Assembly (NCBI GenBank): GCA_950097015.1
Contig: CATNEN010000037.1
Location: forward strand, 3,720,001-3,784,000
DNA from: Macrostomum hystrix
Taxonomy: Eukaryota; Animalia; Platyhelminthes
DNA: 64,000 nucleotides
Reading direction: 5' to 3'
Shown in pieces: positions 10,917 through 24,160 of this stretch. The translations under genes and the position numbers were made by a program. The stretch's first letter is position 1, and the number at the start of each line of letters is the position of its first letter. A model generated the notes under the pieces. The model worked only from the letters and a program-made list of their open reading frames with translations, was not told the DNA's origin and did no database searches.

Positions 10917-13900
10917 CCGGAGAGTAGTGTCAGTACAGCAGATGCAAATGTCGGCATGTCGACGCCTGTTAAGCCCGATGAGGCTCCACAACGAGTGCTC
11001 CCTGACGGCCTTGGACTCGGTGTGGAAGCCGACGCGGCCTTGCGAATGGTTAACGAATAGCTGCAGGTCCATTGCTGGCTTCCCATCGGCCTGGCTAAAC
11101 GCTATTGTTAGTCTAGAAATGAAGCGAAATATGAAAACATTTAGTGCTGAAATTAGGCACTATAGGTATCGCAGCCTGCTCACGTTTTCGACAGGCAGTC
11201 AGGTTTGAGTGACATTATTAAACAAGCTCCCGGCGAGAAGAATCCCCCGCTGCTAGCGCCGCAGTCCTCTAGCGACATGCGGTACGGCAGCTGGGGATAA
11301 ACTGCTGAATGATTTGCAGCCTTCACCGCTGGGCATTGGGTAGCACAGCCGCCTTTCATGTGCTCAACTGGCTCAGCACTCATGAGTGTGAAGCTTAATG
11401 GGCTGTACTGCAAAGCAATTCAAGGTATTTAGTAGCAGCACTACTCTAAGTAGTATTATTACGGACTAGTTGTTATTAATCTCGAAGATTACCTTGTAAT
11501 CAACTTCGTAGTAGACGGCGCCCAATTTGAGTCCCTTATAGATGGCCCATGAGCACACTGATTCTACGGGCGTTCGGTGGGGAAATGCAGCAAAGTGCTC
11601 CTCGTTGTACGATATCTGGTTGAGGAGGTTTTCAATGTATGAATCTGAGCACAGTAATGTCATCAACATTTGCAAAATAGAATGCCACAGAACACCAGCC
11701 ACACAGAACACCAGCCACACAGAACACCAGCCACACAGAACACCAGTCACACAGAACACCAGCCACACAGAACACCAGCCACACAGAACACCAGCCACAC
11801 AGAACACCAGCCACACAGAACACCAGCCATACAGAACACCAGCCACACAGAACACCAGCCACACAGAACACCAGCCACACAGAACACCAGCCACACAGAA
11901 CACCAGCCACACAGAACACCAGCCACACAGAACACCAGTCACACAGAACACCAGCCACACAGAACACCAGCCACACAGAACACCAGCCACACAGAACACC
12001 AGCCACACAGAACACCAGCCACACAGAACACCAGCCACACAGAACACCAGCCACACAGAACACCAGCCACACAGAACACCAGTCACACAGAACACCAGCC
12101 ACACAGAACACCAGCCATACAGAACACCAGCCATACAGAACACCAGCCACACAGAACACCAGCCACACAGAACACCAGCCACACAGAACACCAGTCACAC
12201 AGAACACCAGCCACACAGAACACCAGCCACACAGAACACCAGCCACACAGAACACCAGTCACACAGAACACCAGCCACACAGAACACCAGCCACACAGAA
12301 CACCAGCCACACAGAACACCAGCCACACAGAACACCAGCCACACAGAACACTAGCCACACAGAACACCAGCCATACAGAACACCAGCCATACAGAACACC
12401 AGCCACACAGAACACCAGCCACACAGAACACCAGCCACACAGAACACCAGCCACACAGAACACTAGCCACACAGAACACCAGCCATACAGAACACCAGCC
12501 ATACAGAACACCAGCCACACAGAACACCAGCCACACAGAACACCAGCCACACAGAACACCAGCCACACAGAACACCAGCCACACAGAACACCAGCCACAC
12601 AGAACACCAGCCACACAGAACACCAGCCACACAGAACACCAGCCACACAGAACACTAGCCACACAGAACACCAGCCATACAGAACACCAGCCATACAGAA
12701 CACCAGCCACACAGAACACCAGCCACACAGAACACCAGCCACACAGAACACCAGCCACACAGAACACCAGCCACACAGAACACCAGCCACACAGAACACC
12801 AGCCACACAGAACACCAGCCACACAGAACACCAGCCACACAGAACACCAGCCACACAGAACACCAGCCACACAGAACACCAGCCATACAGAACACCAGCC
12901 ACACAGAACACCAGCCATACAGAACACCAGCCACACAGAACACCAGCCACACAGAACATCAGCCACACAGAACACCAGCCATACAGAACACCAGCCACAC
13001 AGAACACCAGCCATACAGAACACCAGCCACACAGAACACCAGCCACACAGAACACCAGCCACACAGAACACCAGCCACACAGAACACCAGTCACACAGAA
13101 CACCAGCCACACAGAACACCAGCCACACAGAACACCAGCCACACAGAACACCAGCCACACAGAACACCAGCCACACAGAACACCAGCCACACAGAACACC
13201 AGCCACACAGAACACCAGCCACACAGAACACCAGCCACACAGAACACCAGCCATACAGAACACCAGCCACACAGAACACCAGCCATACAGAACACCAGCC
13301 ACACAGAACACCAGCCACACAGAACACCAGCCACACAGAACACCAGTCCCACAGCTCACCATGAAAGCCTTGGAGGTGACCAGCACAGACATGCTGAAAG
13401 CGCGGCCCTTTCGAAGCGGCAGACCTCGAACTTTCAGCTCGGCCTGCCATTTGCCGGCGGCCATGGAGTTCATGCACAGCACACCATCAGACACCTTGGC
13501 TCGCAGGTGCAGCACCACCTGACTCTGCGGCGCCATGAAGTCAACAATGAACGAGTCTGTCTCCGGCAGCACGAAGGCGGCCACAGTCACCATGCATCCA
13601 GGCTGCAGGTGAAGGCCGGCTCGCGTGTACTCCTGCGTCTAAGAAATAATTAAGAAAATAACTCCTGCCAAATCCTCCATATACTACTTTTGTTCCGATC
13701 AAGTAGAAATGTTTAAATATAATCGTAACGTTTCTAAATAAACTCGATTAGTAATCGGTTATCTTCTATAATCGACTGGATACGCTAGCAATCCATTCTA
13801 TTCCTTCATCATCGGAATATATTAGCAATCCATTCTATCCACTCATTCATGGGATAGACTAGCAATCCAATCTATCCACTCATTCATGGGATAGACTAGC

Positions 13901-14630
13901 AATCCATTCTATCCACTCAAATAATGGGATAGACTAGCAATCCATTCTATCCACTCAAATAATGGGATAGACTAGCAATCCATTCTATCCACTCATTCAT
14001 GGGATAGATTAGCAATCCATTCTATTAATTTTTTCTTATAATAGACTAGTCGTGCAATTTACGCCCTTGAGGGCCAACCTCCAAGGCACAATGAGAGTGT
14101 ACACTGCCTGACGTTGAGAAAAGCAGGGTAGATAACACACCTGTGTGAGTGTGTGCCTGCGTACGGCATCTGTGTGCGTGTGTGCTCAGGAGTCAGCGAA
14201 ATTGGCAGAATTGCCTTTTCGCTGGCTGCGGGTCTAGTGTCACCTAATGATGTGCCATTTTTGTGCCAGGTATAGACTAGCAATCCATTTCATTCTTTTT
14301 TCATGGGATAGACTAGCAATCCATTTCATTCTTTTTTCATGGGATAGACTAGCAATCCATTTCATTCTTTTTTTCATGGGATAGACTAGCAATCCATTTC
14401 ATTCTTTTTTTCATGGGATAGACTAGCAATCCATTTCATTCTTTTTTCATGGGATAGACTAGCAATCCATTTCATTCTTTTTCCATAAATTAGCATAGAT
14501 TAGCAATTCATATGCAAATAAAAAGGCGAACCCAACTTACCTGGATATCCAGCTCACAATTGTCCTGATTATCCCTAATCGGATCGAAGAATCCTGCCGG
14601 ACGAAATGGCGCCTTGAACGTCGAAGTCAT
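10917..14630 (-). CDS. Tandem-repeat galectin-like protein (two degenerate CRDs); final exon(s) below 10917 unresolved
   Basis: Exons 14630-14541, 13638-13360, 11615-11493, 11407-11184, 11112-10917, all GT-AG and in frame. CRD1 LQPGCMVTV...VLHLRAK...MNS...GKWQAE...HFAAFPHRTP; CRD2 starts QLPYRMSL...FSPGACLIM. Confidence 0.7.
11684..13347. repeat. 16-bp minisatellite (CACAGAACACCAGCCA) filling galectin intron 2
   Basis: About 100 near-identical units starting about 12 nt from the donor; source of several spurious ORFs. Confidence 0.98.
13785..14510. repeat. 37-bp-family minisatellite (TAGACTAGCAATCCATT core) interrupted by a SINE fragment
   Basis: Units at 13785-14045 and 14270-14510; same core as arrays at 39215 and 60335. 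Confidence 0.9.
14065..14255 (+). mobile_element. 5'-truncated SINE family A
   Basis: GCCCTTGAGGGCCAACCTCCAAGGCACA...GGCTGCGGGTCTAGTGTCACC matches the 4428-4790 copy. Confidence 0.85.
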
Positions 14631-15239
14631 GCTGTGCAGATTTGCTAATTGAATATTGCCCTTGAAGGTGAGCCGACTACAGTCGTGGTGGTTCTCTATT
14701 ACTTCGCGAAGTGTCTTGTACTACATGCAGTTATTAGCCCGGGAGAGAGGGGGACGGGACAGGACGGGTGCTGGCGTGAGGGTAGGGAAGTACGGCACTT
14801 GTACACTGCATCAGCAGCAGCGATAAGACACAGAGGGGAGTGAGGGGGAATTCTTCGAGTACATAGTACCTGCCGAAGTAGGCCCTGGTCCTCCCTCAAA
14901 TGTACACCCTCTCCAGTGTATAAGATTTCCGGTCCCAGGCATTTGGTCGCTAGGGAGGGAAATTGTTGGGAACGGCGAGGGACGCTGCGTACACTGCAGT
15001 AGAGCATTGGCGCTAATGTACGTAAATTCAACTGAAATTTAAATTCAAGTCATTCATTGCGTGCGTTGATTGTGCGAAATAGCCGGTCGGGCGTATTCGG
15101 TGTCAGCTTGTTTTTATATGTATTTCATTTTAACAACTTCGGAGGCTTGTTGACAAATTACAATTGGTGTATAAGGAATGCGCTTTTGCACTGAGAGCCA
15201 TTACTCTTTTAGTATAGAAACCTTACCAGGGCTAGAACT

Positions 15240-16965
15240 CTTCCCTCTCTATCCCTGACGCTCTCCCCCTCTATCCCTGACGCTCTTCCCCGTCTCTACC
15301 TGACGCTCTCTCCCGTCTCTACCTGACGCTCTTCGCCCTCTCTACCTGACGCTCTTCCCCCTCTCTACCTGATGCTCTCTCCACCCTCTAACCCTGATGC
15401 TCTCCCCGTCTTTAACTGACGCTCCTCCTCCACTCAGCCTGACCCTCTTTCCCCCCTCTCTACCTGACGCTCTCTCCCATCTCTATCTGACGCTCTCCCC
15501 CGTCTCTAACTGACGTTCTCTCCCGTCTCTACCTGACGCTCTCTCCCGTCTCTACCTGACGCTCTCTCCCGTCTCTACCTGACGCTCTCTCCCGTCTCTA
15601 CCTGACGCTCTCTCTCGTCTCTACCTGACGCTCTCTCCCGTCTCTACCTGACGCTCTCTCCCGTCTCTACCTGACGCTCTCTCCCGTCTCTACCTGACGC
15701 TCTCTCCCGTCTCTACCTGACGCTCTCTCACGATCTCTACCTGACACTCTCTCCCGTCTCTAACTAACGTTCTCTCCCCTCTTTACCTGACGCTCTCTCC
15801 CGTCTCTACCTGACGCTCTCTCCCGTCTCTACCTGACGCTCTCTCACGACTCTACCTGACACTCTCCCCCGTCTCTAACTGACGTTCTCTCCCCTCTTTA
15901 CCTGACGCTCTCTCCCGTCTCTACCTGACGCTCTCTCCCGTCTCTAACTGACGCTCTCTCCCCACTCTACCTGACGCTCTCCCCCGTCTCTAACTGACGT
16001 TCTCTCCCCTCTTTACCTGACGCTCTCTCCCGTCTCTAACTGACGCTCTCTCCCGACTCTACCTGACGCTCTCCCCCGTCTTTAACTGACGTTCTCTCTC
16101 CTCTTTACCTGACGCTCTCTCCCGTCTCTACATGACGCTCTTCCCCCTCTTTACCTGACGCTCTCTCCCGTCTCTTCCTGATGCTCTCTCCCGTCTCTAC
16201 CTGACGCTCTTCCCTCTCTCTACCTGACGCTCTCCACCCTCTATCCCTGATGCTCTCCCCGTCTTTACCTGACGCTCCTCCTCCACTCAGCCTGACCCTC
16301 TTTCCCCCCTCTCTACCTGACGCTCTCTCCCGTCTCTGCCTGACGCTCTTCCCCCTCTCTACCTGACGCTCTCCCCCGTCTCTAACTGACGTTCTCCCCC
16401 CTCTTTACCTGACGCTCTCTCCCGTCTCTAACTGACGCTCTCTCCCGATTCTACCTGACGCTCTCCCCCGTCTCTAACTGACGTTCTCTCCCCTCTTTAC
16501 CTGACGCTCTCTCCCGTCTCTACCTGACGCTCTTCCCCCTCTCTACCTGACGCTCTCCACCCTCTATCCCTGATGCTTTCCCCGTCTTTTCCTGACGCTC
16601 CTCCTCCACTCAGCCTGACCCTCTTTCCCCCCTCTCTAACTGACGCTCTCTCCCGTCTCTGCCTGACGCTCTTCCCCCTCTCTACCTGACGCTCTCTCCC
16701 GTCTCTAATTGACGTTCTCTCCCCTCTCTACCTGACGCTCTCCCCCGCTTCTCCCTGACGCCCTCCCCCGTCTCTACCTGACGCTCTCTCCCGACTCTAC
16801 CTGACGCTCTCCCCCGTCTCTAACTGACGTTCTCTCCCCTCTCTATCTGACGCTCTCTCCCGTCTCTACCTGACGCTCTTCCCCCTCTCTACCTGACACT
16901 CTCTCCCGTCTCTACCTGACGCTCTTCCCCCTCTCTACCTGACGCTCTCCACCCTCTATCCCTGA
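15240..16965. repeat. 23-bp minisatellite (CTACCTGACGCTCTCTCCCGTCT)
   Basis: About 70 tandem units between the galectin 5' end and the CCDC87 3' end. Confidence 0.96.
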
Positions 16966-17579
16966 CTCTCTTTTATTCATTGCTAATTAATAATATTGAT
17001 GGTGGGACGTATTCTATCATAGACGAATAATAGAAGTGGTTAATTACGAGCTATATCGTATACGTATTAGACGTATGTAATTTCAGTTTTTATCTATTAC
17101 TAACCGATGCTGATGTCTTGTTCAAGAATGTGATATGGATTTTCCGAATGTCCTATGTTACTACATTAAGTAAAAAAGACAGGATCTTTAAAACTGACGA
17201 GAAATGCAAGTCAGGAGGGTTTGTTAGTACAATGTTTGATTTTCCGTCGCTAGAAATTCTACAGCTTAGGTCGACGCTGGGCTCGCCAGTAAAATAGTGA
17301 TAAAGCCATTTTTTATTTTTTTACGGATTTCGTAGATTTAACATAGTTGAATGCGAAGCAAATGTTATATATTTCCAGCAATGCAGACACAAAAATAGAG
17401 TAGGCATCCGATTATAGTTGCGTACTTTTGTTGATTCGAGTTATACTACTTATTCTACGAGTGTCAGTATCTGTCCGTACTATAAACATATCAATGACCA
17501 ATCAAATTGAGTTTTAGCAAATAAAGAAAGGTTGATACAAAAAATCTTTTTCGGTCTTGAAAATTGTTGCTGGGGTTTT

Positions 17580-18020
17580 AATCACGTGATTTAAATATCA
17601 TCTCATCAATAAGCTAGTCACGTGACTTTCAGAAGTCCAGTAAACAATATGATATAACTTAAGTAATTCAATTTTTTTATTTGCAGTATCCCGTCATTTA
17701 ATTGGTCACGTGATCTAACTGGTCTCATTATGTAACTGGTCATGTGATTTAACTGGACACGTGATTTAACTCATCCCATGATTTAACTGGTCACGTGATT
17801 TAACTGGTCACGTGATTTAACTGGTCACGTGATTTAACTGGTCATGTGATTTAACTGGTCATGTGATTTAACTGGCCCTATGATTTAACTGGTCACATGA
17901 TTTAACTGGTCACGTGATTTAACTCATCCAATGATTTAACTGGTCACGTGATTAAACTCGTCCAATGATTTAACTGGTCACGTGATTCAACTGGTCACGT
18001 GATTTAACTGGTCACGTAAT
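17580..18020. repeat. 17-bp minisatellite (GTCACGTGATTTAACTG) containing an E-box palindrome
   Basis: Tandem units just downstream of the CCDC87 stop codon. Confidence 0.9.
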
Positions 18021-18090
18021 TTCATAGCTGCAAGCTGAATTCAATCAAATGAAATTCAATCAAAGACAGCTCGCCCTGTCCTCATCATTG

Positions 18091-21000
18091 TCACGTGATC
18101 GGTGGCAAAACTGGCGAGGCGCGGCTTCTTGGCGAGGCTTCGGCTAGCGACTCCATCGGTTTACGGCGCTCCTCCTGCAGCCAGTACAGCATCTCGATCT
18201 TGTCCCAGCGCATTTTGTCAGCGTACGGCCTTCCCTGCAAGAGAAGGAGACAAGAAAAGCCTTATTGGTCTTTCGCAATCGTATTCAAATATGTAAAAGA
18301 TGCGAGTACAAAAGGAAAGGTCTCACTGCCTTTGAGGAGTTGGTCTCACAGACCATTGGACGGTGGGAGAATGTCGAGATATTCAACGATTCTTACAAAA
18401 GGTTCACTCTTTCCCTTGTCGACCACATGTTTCTGTGTGTGTCTCAAGCCCCGCCATTAATTACCCTGAAAGTGGCCACATCAGAGTGTCGTTTCTCCAG
18501 CACCTCCAGCGGCTCGCGAACCGCATCGTCAGCCTTGGCCAGTCGTGCCAGCAGCTCCTCCCGCTTGGCGCTCTCCTCTAGGCGAGCCTGCGACGAGCCG
18601 CGATGCCCGCGCGCCCGAAATCGGCCAGGATCCGAGGCGGCCCGCTCGAAGATCTCCAGCTCAGCCAGGACGGCCTCCCGGTTCAATACGGCTGCCACGG
18701 TGAGCTCCCATTGGTCCAGGGCAGCCTCCAGATTGGCCAGCTTGCTGTACTTGATCACCATGTCTAGGCGAAGCCGGTCCGGAAACTGCAGAGCGGACCA
18801 GATGGCTTCCAATCTCTCCTGCGGATGGTTGAACAGGTTTGTTGCATAACAGTTACGCACAGAGACTACTGGCAGTAGTCATTTGGAGGATGTTGCATGA
18901 CCTTAACCGCGTCTATTAGAAGATGGAGTTTATACTCTAAACTTGTGAGAAATCGTTTGTAATTTTGGAGGCTTTTAAACATTCTTGGAGGCGTCAGGGA
19001 CAGAGAGGGGGGAGAGCGTCTGCTTCTAGCCGTGGAATCAAGGCTTTTCTGCACTTAAAGATTAATGGCTCTCACTGCCAACGGTCTACCCTTATGTACC
19101 GACTGCAAATTGTCAACACAAGCCGACGAGAGTCAAGAACAAGCCTCCAAATTACAAAAATGGAAACTTTGGACTTTCAAATAAGAGTTCATGATTTCGA
19201 ATCTGAGCCGAATTTTTTTAGTGAGACGTTTAAATTTCCCATTGCTTCATTTAACCCAGCTGTAAAATTGATGCCAGCATTAGTTGGGAAGAAAACTTTA
19301 GTTGGTGTCGCAGTCCATGGACTATAAAATTCTTCACACTGCTGCGGCTGTTTCCCAGCCGAAGAAGTAGAGAAAACTGATACCCGATATGTATAGAAAT
19401 TGTCATTTATGCACTAAGAATCATCTATCACCTGTGGACTGCGCGCCGGCGCCTTGGAGGCTGACCTCTGCGCCGACTTGGCCGTAGATTGGCGCAACTG
19501 AATCGGCGCCGTGCCCGCCGTGTGGCGCGTCTTGAACACCATCGGCGGAGCCGCTGCCGACTTGGCGCCGCCGACGCCCTGCTGTAGAGAGGCCGCTGCC
19601 GCGGCTGCCCGCGCTTCTTCCGCGGCCGCGGCAGCCGCGGCCTCCGCAGCAACTGCGGCCGCCGCCGCCTCCTCTGGCAGCTCCGGATCGCGGCCCAGGC
19701 CGCCCATGAAGACCGCCCGGCAGTTCCAGAAACCCGGGCTGAACTCGTTCTTCTCCGCTAGCAGGGCTTCAAGCCGTTCACGGCGCTCCGCCTCGCGCTG
19801 GCGTCGCTCAGCCTCCTGACGCTGCCGCTCGATGGCCTCCTCGTCCTCATCGTCCTCGCTGTCGTACAGGTGGAAGACCAGGCCCAGGTAGTCAGTCTCC
19901 TGGGTGGCCAGGTAGCGCTTGTAGTCCTCCGGGTTCAGCTCCTCGCGCCACAGGGCCAGCCAAGCCTGGATGAAACAATGGCGGACTCATTATCAGAGAT
20001 ACACTCTGCAGTATCTAGATGGGGAGTTCACCGCTCATTACCTTACGAAATCTCCCAGTAGGATTTCTCCAACTCAATACGATATAAAACTTATTAGTTG
20101 GGGATTTCTTTCGACTTCTCCACCTCCGAAGCCTCTAGGAGGGAACGCATGGAAGAAACGCTCAAACTCTGTCGACTTCTCTCACTAAATGAGGCCCAAG
20201 TCTTTCGTGGGGGTATCTCCTGTACGTGAGTGTTTTAGTTAGCGACGTGAGTGCATCGCCGCCCCCACCTGGTAGCTGCGAAGCGCCCTCTCCTGCACCG
20301 CCTTGGGCATGTCCAGCACGTTGCGCTGAAAGTCAGGCAGCGGCATCGCGTAGCGCGGCGCCGGAGCGCGCGACCCCGGCCTCGGCGCCATCTCCTGCCT
20401 GGCAGCCGCGCGTTGACGCACAGCGTCGGCCTCGGCCGTCACCTCCTTGGCCACGAAGTTGTCGTGAATGCCGCTTAGATTGACGACGCCCTTCTTGTCG
20501 CCCGGCGCAAACACGGCCGGTTTGGCCCAGTCGCGCGGCTCCCGGCCGCTGCCGGCCCAGGGTGGCTTGTCAAGCCGCCTCAGCCGCTCATTGATCACCC
20601 GCTCCCGGTTGCGCCTGTAGAGCGAGCTGGAGGCCAGGACGCCGGTTAGTGACAGCTCGTCTGCACACGGCTCAATTAGCTCGTCCGTGGTGTACTGCAG
20701 GTGGCTCTGATCGACCGTCTTCAGAATCTCGGCATAGACTTCGCGCACCTCCTGGCCTTTGAACAGGCCGCTGTCCAACTCCTTGACTGTGTCAGCGTCG
20801 ATGTCGCCAGCCAGGTCGTTCCAGATCGGACTGTAGGCAGCCAGCGGCACGCGCCCGAGACAGCGTCGCTCTGGTGGTCGTGCGTCCGACATTCGTGCCG
20901 CGAGGCCGCCGAGCGTCGTCACGCCCGGCTGCGGATGCGTCGGCGGCGCCGGCGCCAGTGCCAGAAGCTCCTCCGCGGCAGCAGCTTTTCGCGCCTTAGC

Positions 21001-24000
21001 ATCCAGCTCGGCGATTTTGTCCATAAGTCGCTGAAGCCGGTTCTCTTCGCGACCGCTGGTTCCACCGCCTCCTCCGGCCGAGGAAGCTTGAATTAACGGC
21101 GGCAGTTCATCGTCTTCGTCATCTTCCTCTTCATCGGCTCCTTTGGCTTTGCCTCTTTGTGGAGCTGCAGCCACGTTGGTGGCCAGCTCTCGCAGGTCGG
21201 TGCGGATGACCTCGGGCGTCAGGTCGGCGATGGGAGTTCGCGAGGCACAGGTCTGCTCCTTCGTAACCATGCTGCGCAGTCGGCTCTCGTCGGCTTCGCG
21301 GCTTCGATTATCGCCGCCAACGACTTCGCCAGTCATGTCAAGCTCGTCAACCAGTCGGCGACTTCCGCGCAGCTCCAGTGCAGACTCGGAGCGCGGAAGC
21401 AGCGACCGGAAACCCGTGGCCTCGGTAGCCAGCATCAGCAGCTGTCGCGAGGAGTCGGTTGCCGTGGTGGCAGTGGTTACTGGACGAGCTTCGGGGTCTT
21501 CAGCATCTTGAAGGCACGGAGAATGGCGGGTTAACTTTAGGTCATCGCTGACATCTCTAGAATCATAGGATCTCTGGAATGTCTTTTGGATCTCTGGAAT
21601 GTCTGTAGGATCTCTGGAATGTCTGTAGGATCTCTGGAATGTCTGTTGGATCTCTGGAATGTCTGTAGGATCTCTGGAATGTCTGTTGGATCTCTGGAAT
21701 GTCTGTAGGATCTCTGGAATGTCTGTAGGATCTCTGGAATGTCTGTAGGATCTCTGGAATGTCTGTAGGATCTCTGGAATGTCTGTAGGATCTCTGGAAT
21801 GTCTGTAGGATCTCTGGAATGTCTGTAGGATCTCTGGAATGTCTGTAGGATCTCTGGAATGTCAGTAGGATCTGCCTAAGATTTGTCTCTTACCTGTTGT
21901 TGCGCCGGCCGTGGCAGTACAGTGCTGCGGCATCGCCGCCATCAGCGACTCAAGCTTGTCGGCGTCTAACGTAGGCAGCGACTTTTTCATCTGCAATATT
22001 TACACAGCAAAGGCGAGTTTAATAACCTGAATAGCTAAAATGAATCGGAAAAGTAAAATTTAGAATCGGAAAGATACTGAGACGTATTCTCACCTCCAAT
22101 AACATTTCCCGGTCGCTTTTGTACACAGGTCTAGTCTCCTTGGCAACTGGGCGACTTTCATTCAGCTGAATAGGCAAGACTAAATATTTTTTTTCGATTC
22201 TATCTAAATGATACTACTACAAATAGGATGCTCTCACCAAACTCTGAAATGTCATAGCGCCTTTCTTAGCCTCCGCAGCTGGGGCCTCATCGTCCTGATC
22301 GGCCGCCGCCGGCGCGGACCGCATATCTGGGTAGACGCAGGCCTCAGCTGGGAGGCCGCGAGCCGCCTCGGCCCGCTGTTTGGCCTCCTTAATGTCGTCG
22401 CAAATGTAGCGTCGGATGACGAGCACGTTGAGACTGAAAATTTTATTCCCGAAAAAACGTCTTTTTAAGTATGGCCTACTGATAGTAGAGCATTGCAATA
22501 GCGGACTTACAATTTTCTTGCATCCAGAGACAGTTGAACTTTTCATTCGCGCGTGATTCGCCTCCGAGCTGAAAACTTGCCGCTTGGATAGAGCTGTAAC
22601 ATTTGGCGCGACCGGAGTTGCTTAGATTACACTGACCTGCCTCGCATAAATAACTACTGCTAAAGCAGCAGTAACCTTATGCACTTGTTTTTAAGCATTA
22701 TTTTTCTGAGAAGGCAAGTCTGTACATTCCGCTAATCCCTATAATATTAATTGATATTAATTTATTACGAGCTTACAACTGCCGCTATTGCGCGGCGCAT
22801 TTGAAGGCAGTGTATGGCTGTTCTAGCACCCATTTAACAGCTGGTGAACTGAAGCAATACAGATTTAAGTGCCTTGCTAAAGGACACAAACTATTCCAGT
22901 GGAGTCAGGAATCGAACCCCTGGCCTTCAGGCGTGAGTCCGCTTTATTTATAGCCCCCCAAATCAATGTGGCGTCTCGGAGGTCAGATTTATGAGCTAAA
23001 AACAGCGCATGACTAATTTACCATCTGCTGTTGCACAATAGCGACGAAACAGGGCGATGCACACTGTCACAATGTGCAGCGAGATGCGCCGGTTCAACTC
23101 GTGGTTTTCCTGTTCGGTCTGCAAAAAATGATCAATTTTATACATTTACCTGAGTATAGTTCATTACTTCCAAAACTTCGTCACAATCAGCCAAGACATA
23201 CAAAGAACGGATAGTCGATTTGCTGTCTGATGTCTCTCCAGCAGCCATTGACCTCGCAGATTAGAATGCCAGCCTTTGAATTTCGATGCGTCAATTATAA
23301 AAGTGCAAATCTTTGTATATTTTGCTTAAACCTTTTTGAAAAGGCAAAAAATGCTAAGTGCATTTGTAAATACTTTTGAATATTTAGACTTAAAATTCTA
23401 CTTAAAACAACTGAAGCTTATTTTACCTGAAAGCTTCCGTTTATCTTCACTAATTATCTTCGTGAATGCATTTCAAATGGAATATTTGCAGTGAGTTTAT
23501 AGTAGTGATAGTGATTTACAACAAAACCTGTTCTTCTGAAGCATATTTATGACATTTATTTTCCGAAGTAGCATTTCATTGGCAATGCAGTGAGTGATAC
23601 TCTCGATGGATGCGTGAGTATTTATTGCTATCGCAGAAAATACAGAGTAGATTTGTGAGACGCCAGAATACATTTATGCGTTATAATTACTTACGTATAC
23701 AGTAATAAGAGCTGAAATGTAAAATAGCAACATGCAATTGAATTGGAGAATGTTCAGCATAATGTTGGATTTTTCTTCGATGTTGATAAATCGTGGGTCA
23801 ATGATTTACGAGCTACTGATTTGCTAAGCTCGCAATGTGCACAATTTTGAACAAAACCTCACCATTTCTCTTTGCTGGTCTACTGAGAGAGTCGGATGCG
23901 AGTTGTCAGGCTGAATTCGGCGACGAATGAGCTCTTGAAGCACCTCGAGATGTGTCGGGGCCTCTCGAATTTCATCCTAAAATGTTTGTTTGAATCGTTT

Positions 24001-24160
24001 GAGATCAGTTAAACCTAAAAATAAGCCACAAAGCGGTGATGTTTCGCCGTTTACCTGCAGTGGTGTCACCGGTCGCTCCAGTAGAGACGTCGCCACGACA
24101 CCTGACCCAGCTAAAATTGTTGCGAATGAGGCACAGAACTGCTTTTTGACATTCGATGCT
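18091..24160 (-). CDS. CCDC87: Coiled-coil domain-containing protein 87 homologue; 5' end unresolved; apparent 1-nt frameshift
   Basis: Exons about 24160-24055, 23976-23863, 23273-23202, 23118-23022, 22593-22511, 22433-22238, 21990-21894, 21506-20269, 19965-19432, 18818-18465, 18234-18091. Motifs ERLEAIW...LDMVIKYS...FERAASDPGRF, GRPYADKMRWDKIEMLYWLQ and YKRYLATQETDYL recognised from memory of CCDC87. Confidence 0.82.
21560..21875. repeat. 20-bp minisatellite (GGATCTCTGGAATGTCTGTA) in CCDC87 intron
   Basis: About 15 near-perfect units. Confidence 0.96.
22805..22945 (-). mobile_element. SINE family B, partial
   Basis: Reverse complement matches the head and core of the 3929 copy (CAGTGGAGTCAGGAATCGAACC; TGAACTGAAGCAA; AAAGGACAC). 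Confidence 0.75.

Noticed and set aside
2757-14643. Identical AAATCTGCACAG acceptors before the peptide and galectin start codons
   Set aside because: Only two instances, partly constrained by the acceptor consensus; the other genes do not share it
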